A stretch of DNA of 60,954 bases, filler included, from Catajapyx aquilonaris (taxonomy: Eukaryota): the NCBI GenBank assembly GCA_000934665.2. It is 3 parts of 3 records of this genome, joined end to end, with 100 filler letters (N's around TTAATTAATTAA, not from the genome) between each part and the next. Parts side by side here need not be neighbours in the genome. Positions count along the whole stretch, not along the records: positions 40,675 to 60,954 come from KZ539512.1; 2 more parts are not named here. One strand, written 5' to 3'. The notes beneath the pieces are model-generated. The model was not told the DNA's origin and ran no database searches. It saw only the letters and a program-made list of their open reading frames with translations. The number at the start of each line of letters is the position of its first letter. Position 1 is the stretch's first letter. Below are positions 50,341-60,954 of this stretch, piece by piece. Both the position numbers and the translations under genes were made by a program.

Positions 50341-52207
50341 GCTAGTGATGAGCCGAAAATAGCTACGCTGCTATTAAGTAGCTGCTGGTCTAGAGTAGCT
50401 GGCTATTTTAACTAATATTTACAAACCTGCACGTTGGCGCGCGCATGTTGCCAGATGATGAATTCAATGTCGTGAGGGTTGCGGGCTATTCAGGATCACA
50501 TTAATAAGATCCTTTGCTGGGTAGGTGGGCCACCCCAATGGGCGAAAAACTGACCTAAAGGGACATGCGTCCCCTGATCCCTTGACCCCTCATTAAGGGG
50601 GTAAAGGTCACTTAAGCTAATAACAACCGTAGTTTCCAACTGATTTTCTTCAAATTTGTTGGGTAGGTTGCCCACCCCAATGGGCGAAAAATTGACATAG
50701 TTTGACCTCCGTCCCATGACCCGTTGAGCCCTCTTTCAGGGGGCAAATATCTTCGATTGATATTTCACAGGTTATTTTTCCGCTTGTGTGGAATGTGGAA
50801 TGGTATTGTTTTTCGACTACAACCCTCCAACTCCTTGTCCAAAATTTGTTATGGACCGTTTAGATTTCAACTGGAACAGCTTATAGAGAATTATGACACT
50901 GGGAAAAGGCTTGTGACGTTTGAAGTGAGGATTATTGTTCCCCCCCCCCCCCCCCACANCCCCCCCCCCCCAAGCAACACAGGCTTGCCAACCTTACGTT
51001 ACTTCTGGTGTTACGTGACTATTTTCGGTTCCATGCATTTAATAAATATCAAGGTGACTTGCCAGCCTGTCCATCGCTAATCGTGATGCAAATAAATTCA
51101 ACTTTTAGTAAAAAAGAAAAAAAATGGCAAAAGCCACAATGCATTCAATTTCCGTTTAGTTCCGTCAACTGTAGTGAAGCGATGCCTTGCTTTGTTTTTC
51201 TGGAAGCACTATTACATTACCCTTGTTGCTCAATCATATCAGATTCTTTAGAAGGAAAAAAAAGCCAATAATATTCCTTGCTAACCATGTTAGTTCTTTA
51301 TTTTGTTTTTAACAAAGTCAGTGGCACATTCAAAATTATCAACTATAGATACAGCTTGGTAGACTTAAACTTGTGTGGGCCATGAAAATAATGAAATATT
51401 TAAGGGTGTTTTTTTCGTGTGTTTTTGTTGTTGTTGTTGCTGCTGCTTTGTGCTGCATTTCTGACTGAAGAGAAATGCTTGGGTTTCTTTTTTTTTAATG
51501 TTGAAAATAATGGACAAACTGGGCTGTTAACCACATCTTGTCATCATGTAAAAATAATAAATAAAAAAAATCAGTATTCTTTAACCCTTACGAAGGACGA
51601 GATAATAAAAAAGTGACTGGTATGTAGAGTCTTCATTGTGCTGTACATATTATTGCAGTCAAGCCTGTAAATCCTCGAATGGGAAGGAAATAAAAATGCA
51701 GGACTTACAAGATGTGTCTTCACTCACAAACACAGAATACCAAGCTTTGGATTTTGAAGTCTTTATTACTAAACTATTCAACGCTAAGCCAAATAGAACA
51801 TTTTATTCTTTACAGTAACAGTTATTTTTGCTGCCGGGAAGAAAAAACACTTGGGGAAAGAGCTTACGCTCATTCTCTATGTGCATAATATGCACATAGG
51901 GAGGGATAACAACAAATATACACGACTGGATTAAAATTACACTTGCCACTTGCCTGTATCTTTGAGAATTGAAACCTTACTTAATGACCACAGGCAAAGC
52001 GAAAGAGCTGTAGAGAACATTTTAAAAATCCAACACTGCTCAACGTACTTAAATAAGGCAGGGAATGCAAACAATATGAACTGTGGGGGACCACGAAGAA
52101 CAAAAAAAAAAGGGGGGGGGGAGCAGGGGAGGAGTATGGGGGATGTATAGATGGCGATGTATCTTCTTCATAGTGTCCAAAGTTGGGATGGATCACATGT
52201 CCCAATT

Positions 52208-55200
52208 TTAAACACAGGCTCCTCCAGTCTGCTCCTGAAAAACGTCGATGACATCATCGTTCTCCATCTCCATCTTAAAAAAGATAACGGCAATGGTCAG
52301 GCCTTAAAAGACGGTTCACAGGCCACCACAATAATGTCAAGCCTTATCACAATGAACCACCGTTCCAATTACCCCCTTGCATGCTTATTAATGAAGAGAT
52401 TGCCTCACCTGCATGGGTGTATCATTCTCCCAAATCCGGACTCCATCAAATAAGAACCGGAGAGACAGAGGTTGGGCACCCTAAATGACAGAGTGACAGG
52501 GTTTTCATCAACTGCAACTAGGGCACACACCAAAGCACATTAATTTTTGAAACCTCACCACTCTCTGGTAGTACGCCGTTATCAGGACGCCCAGCGGAGT
52601 CGTCATCTTTACCCTAAATATGAGCTGGCTGCTGCCCTGCATGCGTCATTTTAACATATTATTCAACTGTTACAGTGGCATAAAAACTACAATTAATTTT
52701 GTGCAATAATAATTATTTCTCACTTGCGCCACCACCTTCAGCTTGATAATCCCACGTCCACGCCCTCCAATCTTAGGCTTCTTGTCCTATAATGGCAAAT
52801 GGATATGTCAGCAATGGAATTTCCCAAAGATCTTGAAGAGACACACATTGCATTGAAGCAGCCACAATTCGATTCTTCAAGGAACCAGAAAAAATTAATT
52901 ACTGGTGGAAGATTCTCGTTAGGGAGATATGATAATATTATTAATAAATGGTGATTAGATTTTCTCACCAATTAACGGCAACTGAAATCTGGCATTATGG
53001 TTTGTTGAGTGCAGTGGTCCCCAACTTGATAGTAGTTTGTAAACTATTGCAATGCATTTTCAATGACATTAGCGTTATTTTGACCCTGTTCAATGATAAC
53101 ATGCAGAACTAAAACAGGGTTAGGAATGCTATTGTCATTTGACTTCTAAATTTGAAGAAGCCCCGCCCCCAAGGGTGCGTTCAGTTATCGGTTTCCTGAC
53201 TATAGGTGAGCTAGGGTGACGTCACAAAATCAACAACATGGCTGAAAATCGAACGTGTTTTGTGACCCATCAATTTCCGTTTTCGCTGTCAGTTCCACTG
53301 GATCCCGATCCGTGCCATTTTTGACCTGGGGCACGACCTGGGATCAAAGCCGTAGTGCCTCAGGGTCAGCCATAGCAGGCTGGAACTCTAGCTGGTACCA
53401 GCAGCAGAAACACAATTATACAGGGGGTTCCCTGTAACTATGTAAAGACCTGCAGGGGTAATAGAGGCGACCAAGATAAGTATTTTTTTTACATAGGAAC
53501 CCGTGTCCGAAAACGCCATCTAGAGGGGCTTCATAGACAAGGAACGGGTGCGCTCATAGACGCGTCAGGCGGGAGGCGCTAGGCGAGCGGACTGTTTCGT
53601 TGATATTAAACAATGACGCGATGTGTCATATCCTGGCAACAACAGAGCAGTTGTTGTTCTCTATCCGCGCGTCTCCTAGGAGGTGGACTTTTGTTGCTAG
53701 ATGGCTCTGTTGTTGCCAGGTTATGGGACATAGCTTCGTTGATTACTATCCGCGCGCCATCTATCAACAAAACAGTCCGCTCGCCTAGCTCCTTTCGCGT
53801 GACGCGTCTGAGCCCACCCGTTCCTTGTCTATGAACCACATCTAGATGACATTTCCGGACATGGGTTCCTATGTGAAAAATTCTTGTCTTCGTCCCCTCC
53901 ACGGCCTATTACTCCTCTGGTCGCGTAACTCCCTCCCCCTATGAGTGAGCTTATAGCTTGCTTACGGACTTGGAGCTGACGTCCTCCACAGAGCACAACT
54001 TCGGGCGACTTCGGGCATTGGTTCGGGTGGCTGGCTCTGCGCCTTTCCCTACTCACCCATCTGCATTGGAAAGAATGGTTCAGGTTGGTTCAGAAAAGCG
54101 TCCGCCCGAACGTGACGTCAAAGTTGTGCTCCGTGGAGCGCCCGCCAGCGCCAAATAGAACATTCTACAGTGTGNNNNNNNNNNNNNNNNNGGGGGGGGC
54201 GCAACTAAACTCACGCCCTTCCCCGGCCAGATATGGAGTTGCGGTGAGCTGCTCCTCACTATTACCCCTGCAAGTCTTGACAGAGTTACAGGGATCACCC
54301 TGTACATTTATTTTCTCCGAGTTATTTACCAATCTCTTGTGGCAACCAGAACAATTGATATTTTTACAACGCAACCCATTAGGAATACGTATACCGGAAG
54401 AAAAAAGTGGCCAGAAGCATAGAACATTATTCGTATTCATATCTGTTCTGTACTGATGGACAAACCATTATGATGCAAGAGGTCGATTTGTTACAGCTGA
54501 CATGGACTATAAGGCATGGGTATTCTGGAACTCATATTTCAAAATAACCCACGAAATACTTTAGGAGGTCTTCTACACAAGTGTGACACAATTTGTGTGC
54601 AAGCCATGACTTATCCTGGTGACGAAATTGTACTCTTGAATATGCATAACACAACATCATCATAAAATCATATATTTTGGGTATTTCTTCACTGCTATAA
54701 TTCCCCAGAAAGGTAACAAAAGGAATAAAGTGATTCAATTCAGCCCCTTCTAGCCATTTAGTTCACTTCACATAAAAAAAAACCACAAGTAAAACTCAAA
54801 ATTTTACTAAAGAGAAAAACTCCTTGAGATATGACACCATGAGAAACACTGAATAAACAGTACCGAGTGTGAAGGGGGGGGGGGGGGGNAACAAAAGGAA
54901 TAAGTCATCATCAGCAGACATCATTATCATTCTGATAAACTGGTTCTTGAATTTATTGTCCTCATGATGGTACTAAAACCATGAGTTGTCACTGAATACA
55001 CATCAGTTCCCTTCGAAGCTTAACACAGTGGATCTACGGGTATGAAAATTAAAAGGCGAGTTTGTGGAAAATAGGGTGATGGAAGTTTTTAAGTGCTTGC
55101 CCTGAAATCAGCACCCAAAGAATTTGTTATTGGTCTTCCATCAAGTTTTTCCATTGCAGGCCTGTGTTATTAATAACTTTTGAACTGATGAAGTTAGACA

Positions 55201-57009
55201 ACAACTAAAAATGGACACTTTTTCACATGTCCATGAAACCTGCAAGTTCGCCAAAATTCATCAAAATCTGAGGTGGTCATTCCGAAAACTGTGCTGATTT
55301 GACACGGAATGACCCCAAAGTAACCATATCACACAACTGAAATGTCATCAATACAACTGAATTGTTGCTATTTTAAATCCTGAGTGTGCACCAATAGAAT
55401 GATGCATGCACAATAACATGCACAGCAATATTCCTAGTGGACTGAGAATTGAACCATGCTCTCCATCTTGCTACTCATGGACTCAGGAAGAGAAGTGAAA
55501 GTCATTGACTAATGATTTCAGCATGTGCAGTAGCAAGTTTGGTGGGTTTTGCAAGTATGGCGAAACACTATCTCGTAATACCAGATGGAATGTGGATCCA
55601 ATGGCAAGCTCAGAAACACGACAAGAATGACACATCATTGTCCACTGCCACCCCATGCTTGCAAATCATTAACAATAAGTGAGAAAGCATACCCCTGTTG
55701 CAGAGGACTCGCATGGAACTCCAAACTGAGAAGGTCAATGACCCCTCACCAGCAACCTGGAACACTGGAGTTTACTTAAAGTCAATTAATGTTCCCCCCC
55801 CTCCCACACACACATATCACATCCCCTTCACATCAGCAAACTCTGGCCATGTCAGCTGTTTTGGTCAATATCTTATACACACACAAAATGGGGTAGCCAG
55901 TGAACAAATTGCAGCATTTTGGAACATACAATCAAGCATTGCTGTTCTTATGTAATTACTAGGGCGAGCTGGCAACCCGTTCTGTATCCATGGTATCAGT
56001 GACATTGCTGACCAAAGAGTACTGCTATTATATAATATAATACCTAGAGGAGGTACTCCCTATCCTTTTCCATTAGACAGGCTGAGGCAGCCGCCATCTT
56101 GTTGGAGGTCATATTGTTGTTCTAACAGTTGTCTAGCAACTGGGACAACAACCAATAATGACAACTGGGCGATTAGTTCAATAATGTGAGGCGACCGCCA
56201 TCTTGACGGAGGTAATATTGTTGCCTGCATTGTTGCCTGCCTCACATTTCAGGCGGAGTGCCTCCTCTAGGTGTATATATAATATAGCAGAACTCTTTGT
56301 TGCTGACACGGGATTGTGCTGAAGTTACTATGGCAACAATGGGACACTGTTTCCATGACAATGTAATAACAATCATTGTTGATACAAGTAACTTGTTGCC
56401 ATGATGGATATAAAAGGGGCAAAACAAACTTTGCCTTTTATAGATAAACAGGATGACACAAATGTAGGGACACAATTCTCTTATGCACCAGAAAAGTGAC
56501 ACATCTCCAAAAAAAACAGTTTCGTATATAATATGCTTCAAGTTCAGCATCAACTGGCTTTAATCAATTTCTGTTCCTTTCTTCAGAATGACGATTGCAG
56601 AATGATTATTATCAAACGCTGTCTTACAATAGGGTTTTGAAGTCATAATAACAGACAAAATTACCGTATTCGACCAATAATATTATTGAGATCTGATGAC
56701 ATGTGTTATTACTTTACTACTTTTCTGGTGCATGAGCGAATTGTATTGTATTGTTGGTTGACAACTGCCAACCAACAATAGGCCCAACAACACAATAATT
56801 TTGCGTTCAAACTTTTGGGTCACCATGTAGATGGAAAACATGATCATAATAATTCCCACTAGAGGTAAATATTTCAGGCAAGTTGTAATCATGATGCATC
56901 CAGATCCTTCCCAAGTACGTGGCGGCCCTTTTAGAATCCCCTGCCTGTGTCTGCGGCCTCCCCCCTCGAACGGTTTGCCCCTTGTTCTGCCCCTCACCTG
57001 ATTGTCCAT
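52208..57009 (-). CDS. SUMO1: SUMO1-like small ubiquitin-related modifier, divergent, 96 aa, 5 coding exons
   Basis: Exons 56998-57009 (MDNQ), 52724-52786 (DKKPKIGGRGRGIIKLKVVAQ), 52559-52636 (GSSQLIFRVKMTTPLGVLITAYYQRV), 52409-52480 (GAQPLSLRFLFDGVRIWENDTPMQ), 52208-52273 (MEMENDDVIDVFQEQTGGACV*). All introns are phase-0 GT-AG, at the positions known for SUMO1 genes. The first exon assignment is less certain than the other four. Confidence 0.88.
53453..53918. mobile_element. Foldback MITE in SUMO intron 1
   Basis: cataggaaccc.tgtccg...catagacaaggaacgggtg...ctaggcgagcggactgtt versus its reverse complement at 53770-53880. Confidence 0.7.
56022..56290. repeat. Short element with inverted ends
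   Basis: ctgctatta..tata..acctagaggagg.actcc / ggagtgcctcctctaggt..tata..atagcag. Confidence 0.55.
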
Positions 57010-57399
57010 ATTCAACACTCTGGAGGTGATCTTCTACGGGTGCTGGTCCGACGGAGAGTTTCTTCGTCGGTAGATGCGGGGGGCGGACACGGGGCTGGAA
57101 CATGGGCTGGAAGCACAGCCGAACACGTAGTATGCTCTAATTGGAACAGAGAGAAAAAGAGGGGGTGGGAGGGAAGGGTGCAAGGGAGTGGGGAAGAGGG
57201 AGGTGGAGGGAGAATTAGAAGGAGGGTAGCCAACCTAAGATGGGCAATGAAAGGAACCGACAACAACGGAAAGGAATAGGGAAGGGGCGGGAGAGGATGG
57301 CAACACTGAACCAAAGAGGCGCGTATTTCCCCCACCCCCCTCCGTGGCACGCTGGCAAGATTGGCTACCCTGACACTTTGGGCGGAATTTCGGGCCTCT

Positions 57400-57500
57400 T
57401 TGTTCGACTTGGTGGCGCCATTGCGGGGCTCGGATGGTAGGTCTGCGCATGCGCTGGCTTTGGCGTGCGATGTTGTCATATGTCGAGATGAAGGCGGGAA
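57400..57500 (-). promoter_or_regulatory. Putative promoter of the SUMO1-like gene
   Basis: GC-rich patch with an NRF1/Ewg-type palindrome TGCGCATGCGC (57444-57454), upstream of the acceptor of the ATG-containing exon (57136). Confidence 0.4.
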
Positions 57501-58627
57501 TTTCAGTGTTTTAATTGAGATTCAACAAGAGCAATGTATCTCTTGGTTCCAATCGTTTAACTGGAGGTTAGCATGCAACGGACAATGTTTCTCTAAACCT
57601 CTAACTGCATGTCAAAGTTATAGTTGTTGACTATTGTAGTAGCGGAATCCGTTCTTGGCACGACCTGTTTCCATAACAAATTATGACATTGTAATCAACA
57701 CCGGCAATCAAACATTATTCATACCTTTGGAAACCAAATGAACGAACGAACAAACAAACTGTGCCTTTTATAATACATTTCAATCCGGATATAACAGACT
57801 TCAAGGGACCGAGGACCTCAGTATGTTACAGCCAAGTTGTCAGTTTTGCAACGAATACACAAAGTTTTCTGCTTTCGACATGCTTATAATGCGCGCTAAT
57901 GCCTGGTTAAGGAAACTACACACAAATATACAAAATTAGCTCACTCGTAAATGTATTACAACATGGCCAAAAAAAAATCCATCATTTTCTCATGCCTTTT
58001 CACTGCCAAAAATTGGATTAAAGGAAATCTTTTGACCTTTTCGGCAAGTGTTAGATCAGTGACAGGTGGGAAAATCACTGCCGCTCTCCGCTCCAGGAGT
58101 ATGCCATTCTTTCATGTGCATGGGAAAGGAAGCTGAGTAATCAAACAGCATATTTTTCCACCAAGAGACCAAGAAATATATTGTCTGTTATACACGAGAT
58201 GAGGTGAAAATAAGTATGTTATATCAGGAGTAAAAATGCACAGGGCGTTTTTGTCCACGCGCAGTGCTGCTTGTCACTTCCGGTGTTGAAGTAGGCGCGC
58301 TTAATTTGAACCCACACCTTGTCTGCGTGGGAATTACTTTACTTTGGGAATGAACATCAGGCTATATTTTGAGAGTAGACAAGTAGATAATGCGCACTTC
58401 AGGTTCAGGGTAGACCACTTCACTCGCCTTCGTTTGAATCCGCATGCTGTACCTTCAGGGCAGCCAAAGGTAAGCGTGTGATTGATAAGTTAGTATGGCA
58501 AAAGATGTTCCACTATATCAGTGGAAGGCATGAACAGAATTAGAGTAGGCCTACACATGTTGCTGAAGAACTAAACTGGTTTTATTTCTTAGGGCCCCAC
58601 TAGCCAGTTTCATTCAGCGTGCATGTA

Positions 58628-58969
58628 CAGTGCTGGACATAATAGCCGTCGCTGAATGTTTTTTTCCGGCGGCGACGGCGGCGGGGTTACCGGGCAACCC
58701 TGTCCGGCGGGCCAATTCAAACATCAGCCCATGGAGACTGCTTCCATTGTTGCCACTGTTTACAAATCGAGTGAGTGAGTGCGCAGGCAGAAGAGACCCG
58801 TCGCTGGGTCATCCACGTCACTCACTCGATTTGTAAACAGTGGCAACAATGGAAGCGATCTCCATGGGCAGATGTTTGAATTGGCCCGCCGGACAGGGTT
58901 GCCAGGTAACGCCGCCTCCTCCGCCGCCGGAAAAAAAACATTCAGCGACGGCTATTATGTCCAGCACTG
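58628..58969. mobile_element. Palindromic TA-flanked MITE
   Basis: TA-cagtgctggacataatagccgtcgctgaatg ... cattcagcgacggctattatgtccagcactg-TA; ~150-bp arms. Confidence 0.88.
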
Positions 58970-60954
58970 TACAGAACTGGTATTTTGTTCTGAAGCATTT
59001 CTGAAGCCTATAATTCAACATACTGCCAATAACCGGCCATATTATATTATGATCAAATTTTCCTTCCAGTCAATGATCGAGGGATGGGGGAAATGGTGAT
59101 CTGGGGGTGGCGGTGGGGGGACTGGGAGATCAGGGAGAAGGGGCGGATATAGTGAACCCGGAACCAGAAAATCGAAAAAAACCTCTTATAGCACGTCTGT
59201 CTGGACAGGTATCAGACAAACAGAGCCGTTCTATAAGACTGAAGTTTACTCTAATGACGGGAGCGTGATTAGAATAAACTTTTTCTCATTCTTTCAAGCA
59301 GGTTAATGACTGTAGCAATGTTGTTGATGCCAACCTGCATGTTGCGTATTTTTTCAGTAGATAGCTCATAATACCGCCTGCGCCCCCTTCCCCCACCACC
59401 CCTTCCCCCACCCCCTAACCGTCCATTTTCCCCAGATAGTCCCATTCCCCTAGACCTACCAGTCCCCCAACCCCTCCTACCCCCAGACCGCCCCTTTCCC
59501 ATATGAAAAATCTATCCTAGCAAACCCTTTTTTTAGACCTTTTTCTCATCCATCGGAAAAAGTCTTATAGCACGGCTCTGTCCGTCCGTCCTTCTGTGGA
59601 CAGGTATGATACCACCCAGGTATCAGGGGTAGGAGGAGGAGGCGGGGGAAACGGGTGACATGGGGAGGGGGCTGCGGGGGAACTGGGAGGTCAGGGGAGA
59701 AAGAGACGGTGGGGGGGGGGGGGTCAGCCAGGGGGAAGGGGCGGTGCAGGTGACTTGTGAGGATAGAGTGAACCCGGAACCCTAAAATCGGAACAAGTCA
59801 TATAATATAATAATACATATAATATATATAATATATAATATAAGTAATATAATAAGTTATAGCACGGGACTGTCTGTCGGATACCTTTCCACTTAATTCC
59901 ACAGGCAGACAGACAGACAGAGAGCTGCTCTGTAACTGTAAGACTTTTTTCTCGAAAAAGTCAAACTGTTTAAAACGCTTACAGGTCCCGGACCACAGGT
60001 TGGCAACACAGCATAACTCGTGACCTAAGGGGCCGATCAGGTGCCGCCAACTCTCAAAATGGCTCTTATAGGCCTAGGGAACATGTGTGCCGAGTGCACT
60101 ACACTTAGAGAGATTCATTATGCCGACATGCATTATCAGACCCCGAACACGGGCGGTAATATGCGACACACCTCTACGTGTTTAGAACACCGCATCATGT
60201 GCCAGGAGACCGAAGAAATCGGAACCCAGCAGTGTACCTAGATTCCGTGCGCTTCCTTTCCTTCTATATTCATCACTCCCATCCCGCTTTGCGCCAGAGA
60301 CGATTTAAGCCTGACCCTACCTGGAGTCGACCTGGTCATTCCCTACCATCACCTTGTCCGACCAGTTGCTCTGGTCAACCATCCCTGATCCCTCATCCTT
60401 CTTCCAGTTCTCATTCTGTATTCTGTTGTTGCCATAATCATCCTCGGAAATACATACTCTGAGTCTATCTACATATTGTCTTTTGGTGTACCCTCTTGTA
60501 ACCGTTGGTCACAATACATTTTGGGGGGATCTCTCCCACCACTGTTAGTAATGAATAACTGGGATTTTTGGAAGCGCGGGGCCTAGCAGTAATTAGGAAG
60601 GGAGACGACCCACTGCGAGGGAGAAGCAAGGGTGCCTCTGCACTTATCTAAGGCGAAGGCTCGCACATGTTATTAATCTTGTTATCAGATAACATAGTTT
60701 AGGTTGGGGAGTCCTTTTTACCAGACGTGTTCGTTTCAAGAATCTGGCATATGATGCAGGAACGATTTATTTATTTATTTTATTTATTTAATTTTTTAGT
60801 AGGACAATGAAAGAATGACAATATGGGAGATTTCTCACTCAGTTTTGTCCAATCCCGTAAGTTGCCCGTTGTCTTCCCAAGCGCGAGGCCTGGGGCGGGG
60901 GCCCCTTTTGCCTACAATAATTATGATTATTCTAGGTTCAGGTAAATGCTGTGT

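Overview
Eukaryotic (arthropod, probably insect) genomic DNA made of three ~20.2-kb pieces joined by artificial 100-bp spacers (N44-TTAATTAATTAA-N44 at 20244-20343 and 40575-40674), so adjacency across these joints cannot be trusted. Segment 1 carries the 5' seven coding exons of WDR81 (minus) and, head-to-head with it, two exons encoding only the C-terminal HNH-like region of EXD2 (plus). Segment 2 carries an intronless, hemopexin-less matrix metalloproteinase and a complete 8-exon CD36/croquemort-type scavenger receptor (both minus). Segment 3 carries an acidic zinc-finger-gene-type exon, a truncated and frameshifted C2H2 array with near-identical fingers, an orphan diverged RFX exon beside a 138-bp tandem array, and a five-exon, strongly diverged SUMO1-like gene that the ORF track misses entirely. 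The window is dense in non-autonomous DNA transposons (Tc1/mariner, pogo/Tigger, piggyBac, hAT, Harbinger-like, Sola-like, Helitron), tRNA-derived SINEs and a LINE 3' end, many of them long palindromes, nested or abutting. All assignments come from manual reading and remembered family motifs; no searches were run.
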